Below are positions 52,011 through 62,700 of a stretch of 64,000 nucleotides of DNA, one piece after another. The DNA is taken from assembly GCA_020184695.1 (NCBI GenBank), contig JAANOX010000088.1, positions 22,640 through 86,639 of the forward strand, written 5' to 3'. The position numbers and the translations under genes were made by a program. The notes below the pieces were generated by a model. That model was not told where the DNA came from. It worked only from the letters and a program-made list of their open reading frames with translations, and did not search any database. This stretch comes from Histomonas meleagridis 2922-C6/04-290x (Eukaryota > Protista > Parabasalia). Every line of letters begins with the position of its first letter. Position 1 is the first letter of the stretch.

Positions 52011-54878
52011 ATGACCTCCAAAAACACAAAAAGTCAAAGTAAATTGAAAGCGATTATATTCAAAAAGTTTAGTGTTTGGTCTCTAGAAATCTTGTCAGGT
52101 AACCATTATTTATTAATGCTAAGGTTAAAGTATTTGCAAAAATTATCGCAAGATATATTAGAATTGACTGATGGGAACCTGAAATCAGTAGTGAATTCAA
52201 CAATTGATATCTTTCAACAAGAAAAAAATTTTCCACATTCTTTTAACCTCATTGTTTGTCAACTAGTTTATTCATTATTTATTTCAAAAAAATTGAAAGC
52301 AAATCTATGCCTACGTTATTTAGCTAAAGTTCAATCAAAAGAAGATATTCTTAATGATGAAAACAAACTAATTAGCGTTTTCTTTCAATTTCTTTTAACC
52401 TTAGAAACGCAGGAATCATTTTATTTAATCGAAAAAATGATTGAAATAGAATTAGTTAAATCTGATTGGTTAACTCTTCAAAAGTCATGTTATTTAGCTC
52501 ATTATATGACAGACCAAGAAATAATAAATGCTAAATATACTACAAGAAGATGTTTAACCAATCATTTCTTTTTAAATATTGAAAAACTTCGAAAAGATAA
52601 TTGGAAGCTACATAAGAAATTAATAAGTGAGGGAGTTAATCAGTCGGAAATTTCAAAAATAATACGAAATGATGAAGTTGTGAAACTTCAAGAAATTTCA
52701 TCACAAAATAACTTTAACTTTGATCAAGTAATAGAACCGTCTTTATATGAAAAGTATTCTTTCATTAACAAAGAAAATGTTTCACTTGCTGATTATGCGG
52801 CATTCTTTGGATCGGTTAAATGTTTTAAATTTTTATATGTAAATGGTTCTAATTTGAAGAATACAGGAAAATATGCAGTTGCTGGTGGAAATATAGAAAT
52901 AATTCACCTGTGTGAACAAAATCATTCATCATTTGCAGGATCATATGAAACTGCAATTGAGTTTCATCAAAATGATATATTTTTTTATCTTTTTGATAAA
53001 AAAATTATTAAAATCAAAGAAATAACCGAATTTGCTAAAAAATGTATTTCACATAATAACTATGAGCTTCTTTCATTTATGGAAGAAAAAGGAATGAAAA
53101 TTAATGATAATATTATTAAAGAAACAGCAAAAATGGGTAACATGTTTTTGTTTAAACAGTTTCTAAAAAATAATCATTTACCACATGGTATTTTAATTGA
53201 TTCTATTGAATCAGGAAACACTGAACTTATCAAATTTATTATAGAAAAAGGAGTTAATATTAATGAAAAAGATGTTTATTTACTTATATCAATGTAAATT
53301 TCAAATGCTTTATGTTTTAAATATATATTTGGAATATATATGATTCATTTTGTGTACCTTTAATAATTGCATGCAAGAAAAATCAAATCAATGTTGTTAA
53401 ATTTTTGATTAAGCAAAAAGGTATTAATATCAACCTAAAAGATGTCTGCTATAAATATATACTGTTTATGTTTGTTAAAAGCATTTGGTGTTTCATTTGG
53501 TTATTAAAATCACCACTAATGTTTTCTTGTATAAACAACAACACTGAAATTGTAAAAATACTTTTGAATCAAAAATATATTGATATCAATCAGAAATCTG
53601 TTTCAATAATCCTCTTAATGTTTATTATAATTATTAGATGTTCAATTCCTTTATTTGGAATTTTAATGAATTACTTGAAACAGCACTTCTTCTTGCATGC
53701 TCAAAAGGTAACATAGATGTTGTAAAAATTCTTTTGAGAAAGAAAGGAATCGATATTAATGCAAAAGATGTTGATTTATTATATTTAATATTTAAAATAA
53801 ATGTTTGGGGTTTCCTTATCGCATTTCTAGTTTATTTGGAATATTTTCAACACCTTTAATGCAAGCTATTAGAAATGATCACACAGAAATTGTCAAACTC
53901 TTACTAAACCAAAAATCAATTGATATAAATACCAAAGATAATATTTCATTATTTTGTTTGATGTTTAAAAAAAATTTAAGAAATTTCATAATATTATAAT
54001 CATCAGCACTTATGATTGCATGTAAAAGACGAAATTCGAAAATTGTTCAATTACTCATTGAAAAAGAAGGAATTGATATTAATGCCAGAAAAATTTCTAT
54101 GTGTTTTTTGGTATTTATTTTATTTTTTTGGGATTAATTCAAATTTTTTCGAACAATCCTAATGCAAACCTGCTCTTATGGTTATTTAGATATCATCAAG
54201 TTACTTTTGAAACATAAAAAAATTGATATCAATGCAAAAGATGTTTATTTTTTCTATTCAATATTTGTTCCAAAATTATTATGTTTTAAAATTAGTTGTG
54301 GAATATAATTATTTAATTTTATACATCATTCATGCTTGCATGTTACAATAAGCACATTGATATTGCTAAGTTACTTATAGAACAAAAATGTGTTAATATC
54401 AATGAAATCAATATTTATTCATTTATTTTAATATTTATTAATTTTTTTTACAGTTTAATTGTATAAATTGGAATTTTTTATATTTATTTGATACAGCGCT
54501 TATGCACGCATGTTCAAATGGTAATATAGAAATTGTTAAAATGCTTCTTGAACAAAAAGGAATTAAGATTAATGGCAAAACCGTTTTTTTAATTTGTTTA
54601 ATATTTGTTTAAATTTTTTTATGTATATTTCTTTTGTTTGGCGTCATTTAATATTGTTCCAATCAGCATTAATGTTTGCAAAACAAAAGGGAAACCAAGA
54701 AATTATTCAATTACTTCTAGATAAACAAAGTAACAGATTTGATAATATTGATATTTTTTGTTTTTATTTGTTATTTATTTATTTTAAATATGATTTCATA
54801 ATAATTTTTGGCGTTAATTTTAATGCTCATGCATCTAAAAAAGAGTATGCGGATCGGGTAAACTATGTTTCTTTCTAG
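52011..54878 (+). CDS. Ankyrin locus C: DUF3447 head plus ankyrin array with nine parseable spacers and a degenerate tenth
   Basis: Head ORF 52011-53297. 90-nt cassettes start at 53354, 53510, 53680, 53850, 54003, 54153, 54323, 54493 and 54663. 3' end uncertain. Confidence 0.8.
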
Positions 54879-54991
54879 AATAAATTATATACAAAATGTT
54901 TTTCCTTTTTTTTGTTTTTATGTCGATAATTCAGAAGGGAAGCAAGACACTTTCCACAAGGACGTTTATAATTTTTCCCGAAAAAATAATA

Positions 54992-56518
54992 ATGTCAATT
55001 TTTTTGAATAAAAATAAAATTTGCAACCAGATGAGGGCAGCACCCCTCCAAGATTCAGATGAATTAAGTCAAAATACTCCTTTTATTATTCCACTTATGC
55101 AATACGGATTTAACAAAAATTCATTTTTAAGTTTATTTCAGCATATTCTTAAATCACTTCCCAAAAAAGTTCAAGATTTCTTAATTTTAAATGCAACAGA
55201 TCCATATTTTATGGAAATGAGGAAGATGGCTGGAGATTCAAAAACACACCCACGGACCAAAAGGCTTGTTTTACTTTATCAATGTCTTCAATTCTGCGAT
55301 GAAAGTTCTTTGTTGACAACAATATGCGCAATTTCATTTATTACAGGCTTATCTCCAAGCATTATAGCAGACCACAATATTCTTGATATTGATCCTTCTC
55401 ATCTCGTTATTCTTGAAGCAATGCATCATAAAGCGAACAAAAAAATTAATGGTCCAACTTATTCTTACTCAGGTCGTGTTGAAGTTCACAAAGTCACTGA
55501 AGCTCTTCCACCAACATTTTTATGGACTCTTAAATCTAATTCATATTCTGATATCCAAATTCCTTCTTTTTTTACAAGTGTTAATTTACCAAAACCAAAC
55601 ATTGAACCTTTGTTAGCCAACCAATTTCCACCCAATCTTACAGCACAACAACAATGGATTCTTTTTAGTCCAGCACAAAGAAAACTTCTTCCAAAACCAT
55701 TTTTTTATACACCTGATCTATCAGATGGGTTTAATGTTAAACATGGGATTCCACCTGTTCCATGTTTTAATCCTATTGATGATCAACGACCTCCTTTAAT
55801 TCAATGGATTGCAAATCTTGAAACACCAGAATCAATACCTCGTACATATTATCAATGTCATTGTCAGTCTCATCATTGTCTTGACTGTCATGTTCTCACA
55901 TTTCCGGATGGGCTTAAGACAATGAAATATAATGAGAATGGACGTATTGATTGGAGCACATTAAACAAATGTAAACCAATAATAATCGAATGCACTGAAC
56001 AATGCCAATGTAATAAAATGAAATGTAAAAATAGAGTTGTACAAAACAAACAAACAGTAAGGCTCGCAGTAGTTAGGTCCCTATCTAAATCTGGTTGGGG
56101 AGTTAGATCATTAGATTTCATTCCAAGCGGAACGTTTGTTTGTGAATATTTAGGAGAAGTTATAAGCGATCCTTTAATGGCAGAAGTAATTGGAATTGAA
56201 TATGACTCAAATTTAGAATCTTATTTGTTTGATTTGGATGCCTATGATGTTCCTGCAAGAGAAATGTTGACAGTTGATCCATCTAAAATCGGAAATATAG
56301 CAAAATATATTAACCATTCGTGTGACCCGAACTTGATCCAAATTTCAATAGGAACAGTTAACTCAAAAAGATTTCATAGAATTGCTTTTTTCGCATTGAA
56401 GGATATATATCCAAATGAAGAATTAGGTTTTCATTATAACTATAATTTTGACATGAATCCAAGTCGATTCATAGAATGTAATTGCGGCGCTTTAAATTGC
56501 AGAACAAGACTTCGTTAG
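54992..56518 (+). CDS. Pre-SET/SET/post-SET histone lysine methyltransferase (SUV39/G9a-like)
   Basis: Cys-rich pre-SET (IECTEQCQC..CKNRVVQ), GWGVRS..CEYLGE, YINHSCDPN, EELGFHY, CNCGALNCR. Start could be 54896, 54992 or 55031. Confidence 0.88.
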   Translation: MSIFLNKNKICNQMRAAPLQDSDELSQNTPFIIPLMQYGFNKNSFLSLFQHILKSLPKKVQDFLILNATDPYFMEMRKMAGDSKTHPRTKRLVLLYQCLQFCDESSLLTTICAISFITGLSPSIIADHNILDIDPSHLVILEAMHHKANKKINGPTYSYSGRVEVHKVTEALPPTFLWTLKSNSYSDIQIPSFFTSVNLPKPNIEPLLANQFPPNLTAQQQWILFSPAQRKLLPKPFFYTPDLSDGFNVKHGIPPVPCFNPIDDQRPPLIQWIANLETPESIPRTYYQCHCQSHHCLDCHVLTFPDGLKTMKYNENGRIDWSTLNKCKPIIIECTEQCQCNKMKCKNRVVQNKQTVRLAVVRSLSKSGWGVRSLDFIPSGTFVCEYLGEVISDPLMAEVIGIEYDSNLESYLFDLDAYDVPAREMLTVDPSKIGNIAKYINHSCDPNLIQISIGTVNSKRFHRIAFFALKDIYPNEELGFHYNYNFDMNPSRFIECNCGALNCRTRLR

Positions 56519-56628
56519 TTTATGTTATTTATTGTTTATATATAAATATACAAATTATCAAATTTTTTTAATTTAATTGTCTTTGTATTTCATCAAGTGT
56601 TAACGGTCGACTTAAGGCTAACCGTGAA

Positions 56629-58308
56629 ATGGAGCTCCAAAAGCTTTATCCATACTCGAGAGAAAATACAATTAAAGAAGCAGCTAAGCTCCTTAACTCA
56701 CTAAGTGATTTGAGTTTTTGTTTTGAAATGTCGGAAGAATCATATCAAGGATTAATTTCATGTTTTTTTATTTCTGATTCCCATTTTTTAGAAAATTCTG
56801 GTTTTTTTGGAACGCAAGGAGAAAAATATCTATTGCGTAGTTTTGTTTCCAAAATTAGAGTATGCTCTTCTCCAGATATCCAATCTCAATATGAAGATTT
56901 ATTAGCACAATTTCCACGTAAAGTCATAAAAAAATTAATGAACATATCTCCAGCGAATATTTTAGAATTGCTCTTCAACATTCAACTTAAGCGTCCAATG
57001 CATGAACAATCACTTTTTTTTCTGAATCAACACCCATTAACTTTAGTAGAAATCATCAAAAGACATTCCAAAGAAGGTGATATAATTCCAATCTTTCAAA
57101 TAGCCACCAATCCATCAATCCTTAAAAGTTTAGCTAAGCATTTACCAACTGAAATTTTTATTGATCAACTTAATCAAACACAAAATTTCCCAAGCATCAC
57201 AACAAAAGACCAAAATGATCATTTTTATTTAAAATGTGGTACCACAAGCAAAGAACAGTTTTATAATATTATTGCTGAACCATTATTTCTATCTGCAGCT
57301 AAACATCAAAAACTCGATTACCTTTGTGAAAATGCTCAACCAGAATTCAAAGAACTTATTCCTTCAATTCTATTTTCAATTTCATCAATGTGTCATTTGC
57401 CTAAAAGTGTAATTCCATTTATTGCAGAAATAGCAATTCGTTATGACCCAATGATTTTAAGTACAATGAGAGATGTACAATCACTAGCAAAATGTATTAT
57501 AATAATAATTGAAGAAGCACCGGATCTAATTAGCTTAATTTCATCGATAATATCACAAAAACAAAATTTATGGGAATTTATAGCAAATAAAGTTAATGTT
57601 CTTTCATTATATAAATTTATTCCACATATGCTTCAAGTTGATCTTTCTAATGCACAACTTTTAATTCAACATTTAAATCTTACAGATAAATGCGCAGAAA
57701 ATACTATTTCCATATTAAGAAAATATCTCCCTGAATCATTTGGTACTATGTTACATTGTGCCAAATGTGGACCTGTTTCATTTCATATAGTGTCAACAAT
57801 TGCAATTGAAATAATTGATCTTTATTGGAAAGAATTCACATTATACTTCAGAAATATGCCGCAATTCACACAGCCTATACTTGGTTCCTGTCTTGATTTA
57901 ATAATATCTGGTGATTTCGATACTGCAATACATGTTATGTTTTATGTTGTGTTTAATTTTGCTTCTGATAATCCACAAATTAAAAATGACTGCTTAGTTT
58001 TTGTTCTGAAAAGATTCGGAAACATCCCAACTATTAAAAGTGAGAGTCAACAAATGTTTATACAAATACTTGGTGGGTTACAAAGTTATTCTAAAACACT
58101 TCTTCCATTGATTTCAAATATTTCTGATTTATCACCATTAATATTTAATATGATGATTCAATTTCTTTGGACTTCTTCTTTGGCTAATGAGCCTCCTTCG
58201 TTAGTAATATTCCGTATAAAACTTTTAATGAGTCGTATTCAATCAGGGCGCATTATACATGCATGGTCAGACGAAATGATTTCACATGTAAAAGAAAAAA
58301 ATAATTGA
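56629..58308 (+). CDS. Hypothetical helical protein
   Basis: 559-aa ATG ORF with no recognised motif. Confidence 0.75.
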   Translation: MELQKLYPYSRENTIKEAAKLLNSLSDLSFCFEMSEESYQGLISCFFISDSHFLENSGFFGTQGEKYLLRSFVSKIRVCSSPDIQSQYEDLLAQFPRKVIKKLMNISPANILELLFNIQLKRPMHEQSLFFLNQHPLTLVEIIKRHSKEGDIIPIFQIATNPSILKSLAKHLPTEIFIDQLNQTQNFPSITTKDQNDHFYLKCGTTSKEQFYNIIAEPLFLSAAKHQKLDYLCENAQPEFKELIPSILFSISSMCHLPKSVIPFIAEIAIRYDPMILSTMRDVQSLAKCIIIIIEEAPDLISLISSIISQKQNLWEFIANKVNVLSLYKFIPHMLQVDLSNAQLLIQHLNLTDKCAENTISILRKYLPESFGTMLHCAKCGPVSFHIVSTIAIEIIDLYWKEFTLYFRNMPQFTQPILGSCLDLIISGDFDTAIHVMFYVVFNFASDNPQIKNDCLVFVLKRFGNIPTIKSESQQMFIQILGGLQSYSKTLLPLISNISDLSPLIFNMMIQFLWTSSLANEPPSLVIFRIKLLMSRIQSGRIIHAWSDEMISHVKEKNN

Positions 58309-58612
58309 CAGAAAATAATATCATTCTTTGAAAAATGATTTATTTAAGAAATTTTAACCAGTTAATTATGTGATTTCATCAAATTATCATATAAAATATA
58401 TAATTATTTATTTTGTTTTCAATTATAAAAGAAATAGTAGAATAGAAATTAATGATAATGATACAAATGTTTGATTTCTTTTTATTGTTGAATGCAAATG
58501 AAATAATTTTACATTTAAAACGTATTTCCTATCTTTATGAAAACCAATTTTTTTTTGGTGAAAAGCTATTTAAAATAAATATTGAAGTAAGTGACAGAGA
58601 TCTTTGATGTGT

Positions 58613-58620
<8 letters not shown>

Positions 58621-58648
<28 letters not shown>
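58621..58648. repeat. (AT)14 microsatellite
   Basis: Direct reading. Confidence 0.95.
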
Positions 58649-58650
<2 letters not shown>

Positions 58651-59336
58651 AAAAATTAAAATAAAAGGTGAAAAGAAGATTTCCTTATTTCCTGATAAAA
58701 AGTTTTTGCTAATGAATGTTGTAATTGTCTGAATATAAAATAAAAATAACCGCCAGTTTTATGAACTTTGTTTTATAAATTATTATAACAAAGCCTTTTT
58801 AAGAATTTTGACAGTTTTTTGAAATCGTTTCGACCATAGACTCAATCATCATATTTGCACCAAGCAACATCTTTCTAACACTAGCTTCATTATATCCTCT
58901 TGAGGTGTTTGATTCTAACTTCTGCTTAAGCTTTTGATCTTAAAGGCAAGCTATGCGTGCTAATGGTATCTCTGAGCTTGAGAAACATTAATTAAAGCAA
59001 GAAGAGAATTCTGGGAATGATCATTCAAATCATTGTCGATTTGGCATTGAATTTTAATCAAAAATCGAAGAAAACTTGTGATAGCTCAGAAACGGAAAAG
59101 AATAAAGTCATTCAAATATTGAGTAGACGTTGTTAATTCCCAAACCTAAATAATATTTTGTTGTAGGCTCGTTATCATATGCGAAGTGAAAACATACAAC
59201 ATAACATCTCTATATCTGCAAAAAATTAAATAAAATTTATGTATATTAAACTCTTTAATAATTCCATATAGCTAATGAAAGTGAATTTCTCCTATTTGAC
59301 TATAAATTTATTGTGTTATATTATCCACTCAAAGTG

Positions 59337-59764
59337 CCCCCCCCCCACACACACCCCACCACCACATGTAACACCCACCCACAAGCACCACCTACCACCA
59401 CAAGCACCACCTACCACCACAAGCACCACCTACCACCACACGTACCACCTACCACCACACGTACCACCTACCACCACACGTACCACCTACCACCACACGT
59501 ACCACCTACCACCACACGTACCACCCACCCACACGTACCACCCACCCACACACGTACCACCTACCACCACCCGTACCACCTACCACCACACGTACCATCT
59601 ACCACCACACGTACCACCCACCCACACACGTACCACCCACCCACACACGTACCACCCACCCACACACGTACCACCCACCCACACACGTACCACCCCCCCA
59701 CACACACCCCACCACCCACCCACACAAGTATCACCCACCCACAAGTACCACCACACGTACCACC
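59337..59764 (+). repeat. C/A-rich 19-nt minisatellite forming the edge of the satellite array
   Basis: ACCACCAC-AAGC-ACCACCT, then ACCACCAC-ACGT-ACCACCT, then ACCCACACACGTACCACCC units, after a poly-C run. Confidence 0.85.
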
Positions 59765-62700
59765 CACAGGACACATGTGACTATCATCACAAGTAACACT
59801 TACATATTCCCCCCAACACCCACACGTACCACCCACAGGACACATGTGACTATCATCACAAGTAACACTTACATATTCCCCCCAACACCCACACGTACCA
59901 CCCACAGGACACATGTGACTATCATCACAAGTAACACTTACATATTCCCCCCAACACCCACACGTACCACCCACAGGACACATGTGACTATCATCACAAG
60001 TAACACTTACATATTCCCCCAACACCCACACGTACCACCCACAGGACACATGTGACTATCATCACAAGTAACACTTACATATTCCCCCCAACACCCACAC
60101 GTACCACCCACAGGACACATGTGACTATCATCACAAGTAACACTTACATATTCCCCCCAACACCCACACGTACCACCCACAGGACACATGTGACTATCAT
60201 CACAAGTAACACTTACATATTCCCCCCAACACCCACACGTACCACCCACAGGACACATGTGACTATCATCACAAGTAACACTTACATATTCCCCCCAACA
60301 CCCACACGTACCACCCACAGGACACATGTGACTATCATCACAAGTAACACTTACATATTCCCCCCAACACCCACACTTACCACCCACAGGACACATGTGA
60401 CTATCATCACAAGTAACACTTACATATTCCCCCCAACACCCACACGTACCACCCACAGGACACATGTGACTATCATCACAAGTAACACTTACATATTCCC
60501 CCCAACACCCACACGTACCACCCACAGGACACATGTGACTATCATCACAAGTAACACTTACATATTCCCCCCAACACCCACACGTACCACCCACCCACAC
60601 GTACCACCCACAGGACACATGTGACTATCATCACAAGTAACACTTACATATTCCCCCCAACACACACACGTACCACCCACAGGACACATGTGACTATCAT
60701 CACAAGTAACACACACACACACGTACCACCCACAGGACACATGTGACTATCATCACAAGTAACACTTACATATTCCCCCCAACACCCACACGTACCACCC
60801 ACCCACACGTACCACCCACAGGACACATGTGACTATCATCACAAGTAACACTTACATATTCCCCCCAACACCCACACGTACCACCCACAGGACACATGTG
60901 ACTATCATCACAAGTAACACTTACATATTCCCCCCACCCCCCACACCTACCACCCACAGGGACACATGTGACTATCATCACAAGTAACACTTACATATTC
61001 CCCCCAACACCCACACGTACCACCCACCCACACGTACCACCCACAGGACACATGTGACTATCATCACAAGTAACACTTACATATTCCCCCCAACACCCAC
61101 ACGTACCACCCACCCACACGTACCACCCACAGGACACATGTGACTATCATCACAAGTAACACTTACATATTCCCCCAACACCCACACGTACCACCCACAG
61201 GACACATGTGACTATCATCACAAGTAACACTTACATATTCCCCCCAACACCCACACGTACCACCCACAGGACACATGTGACTATCATCACAAGTAACACT
61301 TACATATTCCCCCCAACACCCACACGTACCACCCACAGGACACATGTGACTATCATCACAAGTAACACTTACATATTCCCCCCAACACCCACACGTACCA
61401 CCCACAGGACACATGTGACTATCATCACAAGTAACACTTACATATTCCCCCACACCCACACGTACCACCCACAGGACACATGTGACTATCATCACAAGTA
61501 ACACTTACATATTCCCCCAACACCCACACGTACCACCCACAGGACACATGTGACTATCATCACAAGTAACACTTACATATTCCCCCCAACACCCACACGT
61601 ACCACCCACAGGACACATGTGACTATCATCACAAGTAACACTTACATATTCCCCCCAACACCCACACGTACCACCCACAGGACACATGTGACTATCATCA
61701 CAAGTAACACTTACATATTCCCCCCAACACCCACACGTACCACCCACAGGACACATGTGACTATCATCACAAGTAACACTTACATATTCCCCCCAACACC
61801 CACACGTACCACCCACAGGACACATGTGACTATCATCACAAGTAACACTTACATATTCCCCCCAGCACCCACACGTACCACCCACAGGACACATGTGACT
61901 ATCATCACAAGTAACACTTACATATTCCCCCCCAACACCCACACGTACCACCCACAGGACACATGTGACTATCATCACAAGTAACACTTACATATTCCCC
62001 CCAACACCCACACGTACCACCCACAGGACACATGTGACTATCATCACAAGTAACACTTACATATTCCCCCAACACCCACACGTACCACCCACAGGACACA
62101 TGTGACTATCATCACAAGTAACACTTACATATTCCCCCAACACCCACACGTACCACCCACAGGACACATGTGACTATCATCACAAGTAACACTTACATAT
62201 TCCCCCCAACACCCACACGTACCACCCACAGGACACATGTGACTATCATCACAAGTAACACTTACATATTCCCCCCAACACCCACACGTACCACCCACAG
62301 GACACATGTGACTATCATCACAAGTAACACTTACATATCCCCCCAACACCCACACGTACCACCCACAGGACACATGTGACTATCATCACAAGTAACACAC
62401 ACACACACGTACCACCCACAGGACACATGTGACTATCATCACAAGTAACACTTACATATTCCCCCCAACACCCACACGTACCACCCACAGGACACATGTG
62501 ACTATCATCACAAGTAACACTTACATATTCCCCCCAACACCCACACGTACCACCCACAGGACACATGTGACTATCATCACAAGTAACACTTACATATTCC
62601 CCCCAACACCCACACGTACCACCCACAGGACACATGTGACTATCATCACAAGTAACACTTACATATTCCCCCCAACACCCACACGTACCACCCACAGGAC

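Noticed and set aside
49471-54662. Cassette/spacer arrays as CRISPR-like arrays
   Set aside because: The context is eukaryotic, neither part is an identical repeat, there are no cas genes, and the cassettes are protein-coding.
9186-54812. Ankyrin spacers as ordinary spliceosomal introns or as one 68-nt intron
   Set aside because: No GTATGT-type donor and no ACTAAC...AG acceptor. Only some spacers begin with GT and none ends in AG at the needed place. A single excision does not recover the conserved Gly, whereas the 4 x 17 model does.
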